Shown one piece after another: positions 63,047 through 64,000 of a DNA stretch of 64,000 nt (position 1 is its first letter; every line of letters begins with the position of its first letter). The position numbers were made by a program, and so were the translations under genes. The notes beneath the pieces were generated by a model. That model ran no database searches and was not told the origin of the DNA. It saw nothing but the letters and a program-made list of their open reading frames with translations. The stretch comes from Myxococcota bacterium (GTDB lineage: Bacteria > Myxococcota_A > Polyangia > Nannocystales > Nannocystaceae): the NCBI GenBank assembly GCA_039028615.1, contig JBCCHT010000014.1:179710-243709 (forward strand). The letters are read 5' to 3'.

Positions 63047-64000
63047 TTACTCGCCGCTGTTGCCCTCGCCGCCCTCGCCGCTTTCCGCGCCCGTTCCGGC
63101 CTGCAGAAGCTGAGAGGACATCAGGTCGCCCAGGGTGGCGCCAGCTTGGCTGGCGTTCTGGAAGCCCTGCGCGTCGGCCAGGTCGTCCTGGCGACGGGCG
63201 CTCTTCACCGACAGACCGATGCGTCGCTCGGCGGCATCCATCTGGATGACCTCGGCGCGCTGGGTCTGACCCGGCTCGAGCACCTGACCCGGATCCTCGA
63301 TCCGCTCGTCGGTGATCTCCGAGATGTGGATGAGACCCTCGATGCCCGGCTCGATCTCGGCGAACGCACCGAAGTCGGCCAGCTTGAGGATCTTGACCTC
63401 GATGATCTTCCCGATCGGGTAGTCGTAGGGGATCCGATCCCAGGGGTCCTGCTGCAGCTGCTTGATGCCCAGGCTGATCTTGGGCTTCTCGCCGCTGTTG
63501 TCGATGTTGAGGACCATGGCCTGGACCTCATCACCCTTCTTGAACAGCTCGGAGGGGTGACGCACGCGCTGGGTCCACGACAGGTCGGTGATGTGCACCA
63601 GACCGTCGATGCCCGGCTCGAGCTCCACGAACACACCGAAGTCGGCGATGTTGCGGATGACACCCGCGACGACGGTGCCGGGCGGGTACTTCTCGACGAC
63701 CTTCTCGTACGGGTTCTCCTCGAGCTGCTTCATGCCCAGGGAGATGCGGTTCTGCGACACGTCGATGTCGAGAACGACCGCCTTGACCTCGTCGCCGATC
63801 TTGAGGATCTGCTTGGGGTTCTTGATCTGGCGGGTCCACGACATCTCGGACACGTGCACCAGGCCCTCGATGCCCTCTTCGAGCTCGATGAAGGCGCCGT
63901 AGTCCTTGATGCTGACCACCTTGCCCTGAACGACCGTACCGGGGATGTACTTCTCCTCGGCGTTGATCCACGGGTCGGGGGTGATCTGCTTGAGGCCCAG
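63047..64000 (-). CDS. rpsA: 30S ribosomal protein S1 (5' part outside the window)
   Basis: Tandem S1 domains: YGAFIELEEGIEGLVHVSEMSW, RISLGMKQ, GIDGLVHITDLSW, FGAFAE, RIGLSVK. Confidence 0.96.
   Translation of the reverse strand: MGLKQITPDPWINAEEKYIPGTVVQGKVVSIKDYGAFIELEEGIEGLVHVSEMSWTRQIKNPKQILKIGDEVKAVVLDIDVSQNRISLGMKQLEENPYEKVVEKYPPGTVVAGVIRNIADFGVFVELEPGIDGLVHITDLSWTQRVRHPSELFKKGDEVQAMVLNIDNSGEKPKISLGIKQLQQDPWDRIPYDYPIGKIIEVKILKLADFGAFAEIEPGIEGLIHISEITDERIEDPGQVLEPGQTQRAEVIQMDAAERRIGLSVKSARRQDDLADAQGFQNASQAGATLGDLMSSQLLQAGTGAESGEGGEGNSGE

Overview
This is a very GC-rich bacterial window whose gene content points to a myxobacterium (Myxococcota, probably Nannocystaceae-like; this is an inference). 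From left to right it holds: (1) a minus-strand gene running off the left edge and missing from the ORF track, encoding two tandem NHLP (nitrile-hydratase-like leader peptide) domains followed by a Gly/Ser/Thr/Cys-rich tail, i.e. a probable RiPP precursor; (2) a divergently transcribed three-gene myxobacterial-type PUFA synthase cluster (pfa1 ER; pfa2 KS-MAT-4xACP-KR-DH; pfa3 KS-CLF-AT-4xFabA-type DH-PKS-type DH-acyltransferase); (3) a large lipoprotein resembling Dictyostelium conditioned medium factor, with a GHSQGG hydrolase motif and a Cys-rich tail; (4) trpE-G-D-C divergent from glyA; (5) lipoproteins, a pseudokinase/DUF2723 glycosyltransferase/IMPase operon, and a hotdog-fold/MarR pair with a perfect operator palindrome; (6) a long minus-strand core region: rpsA, ribH, nusB, a receptor-less chemosensory cluster, xerD, two receptor-L-domain lipoproteins, an M50 protease, scpA and scpB with very long acidic tails, rluB, rpsN, rpmE2, tldD and pmbA. 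Several genes have a -10 box 6-7 nt before the start codon, suggesting leaderless mRNAs. I saw no rRNA, tRNA, CRISPR array or mobile element. All family calls come from motif recognition by eye; no searches were run.
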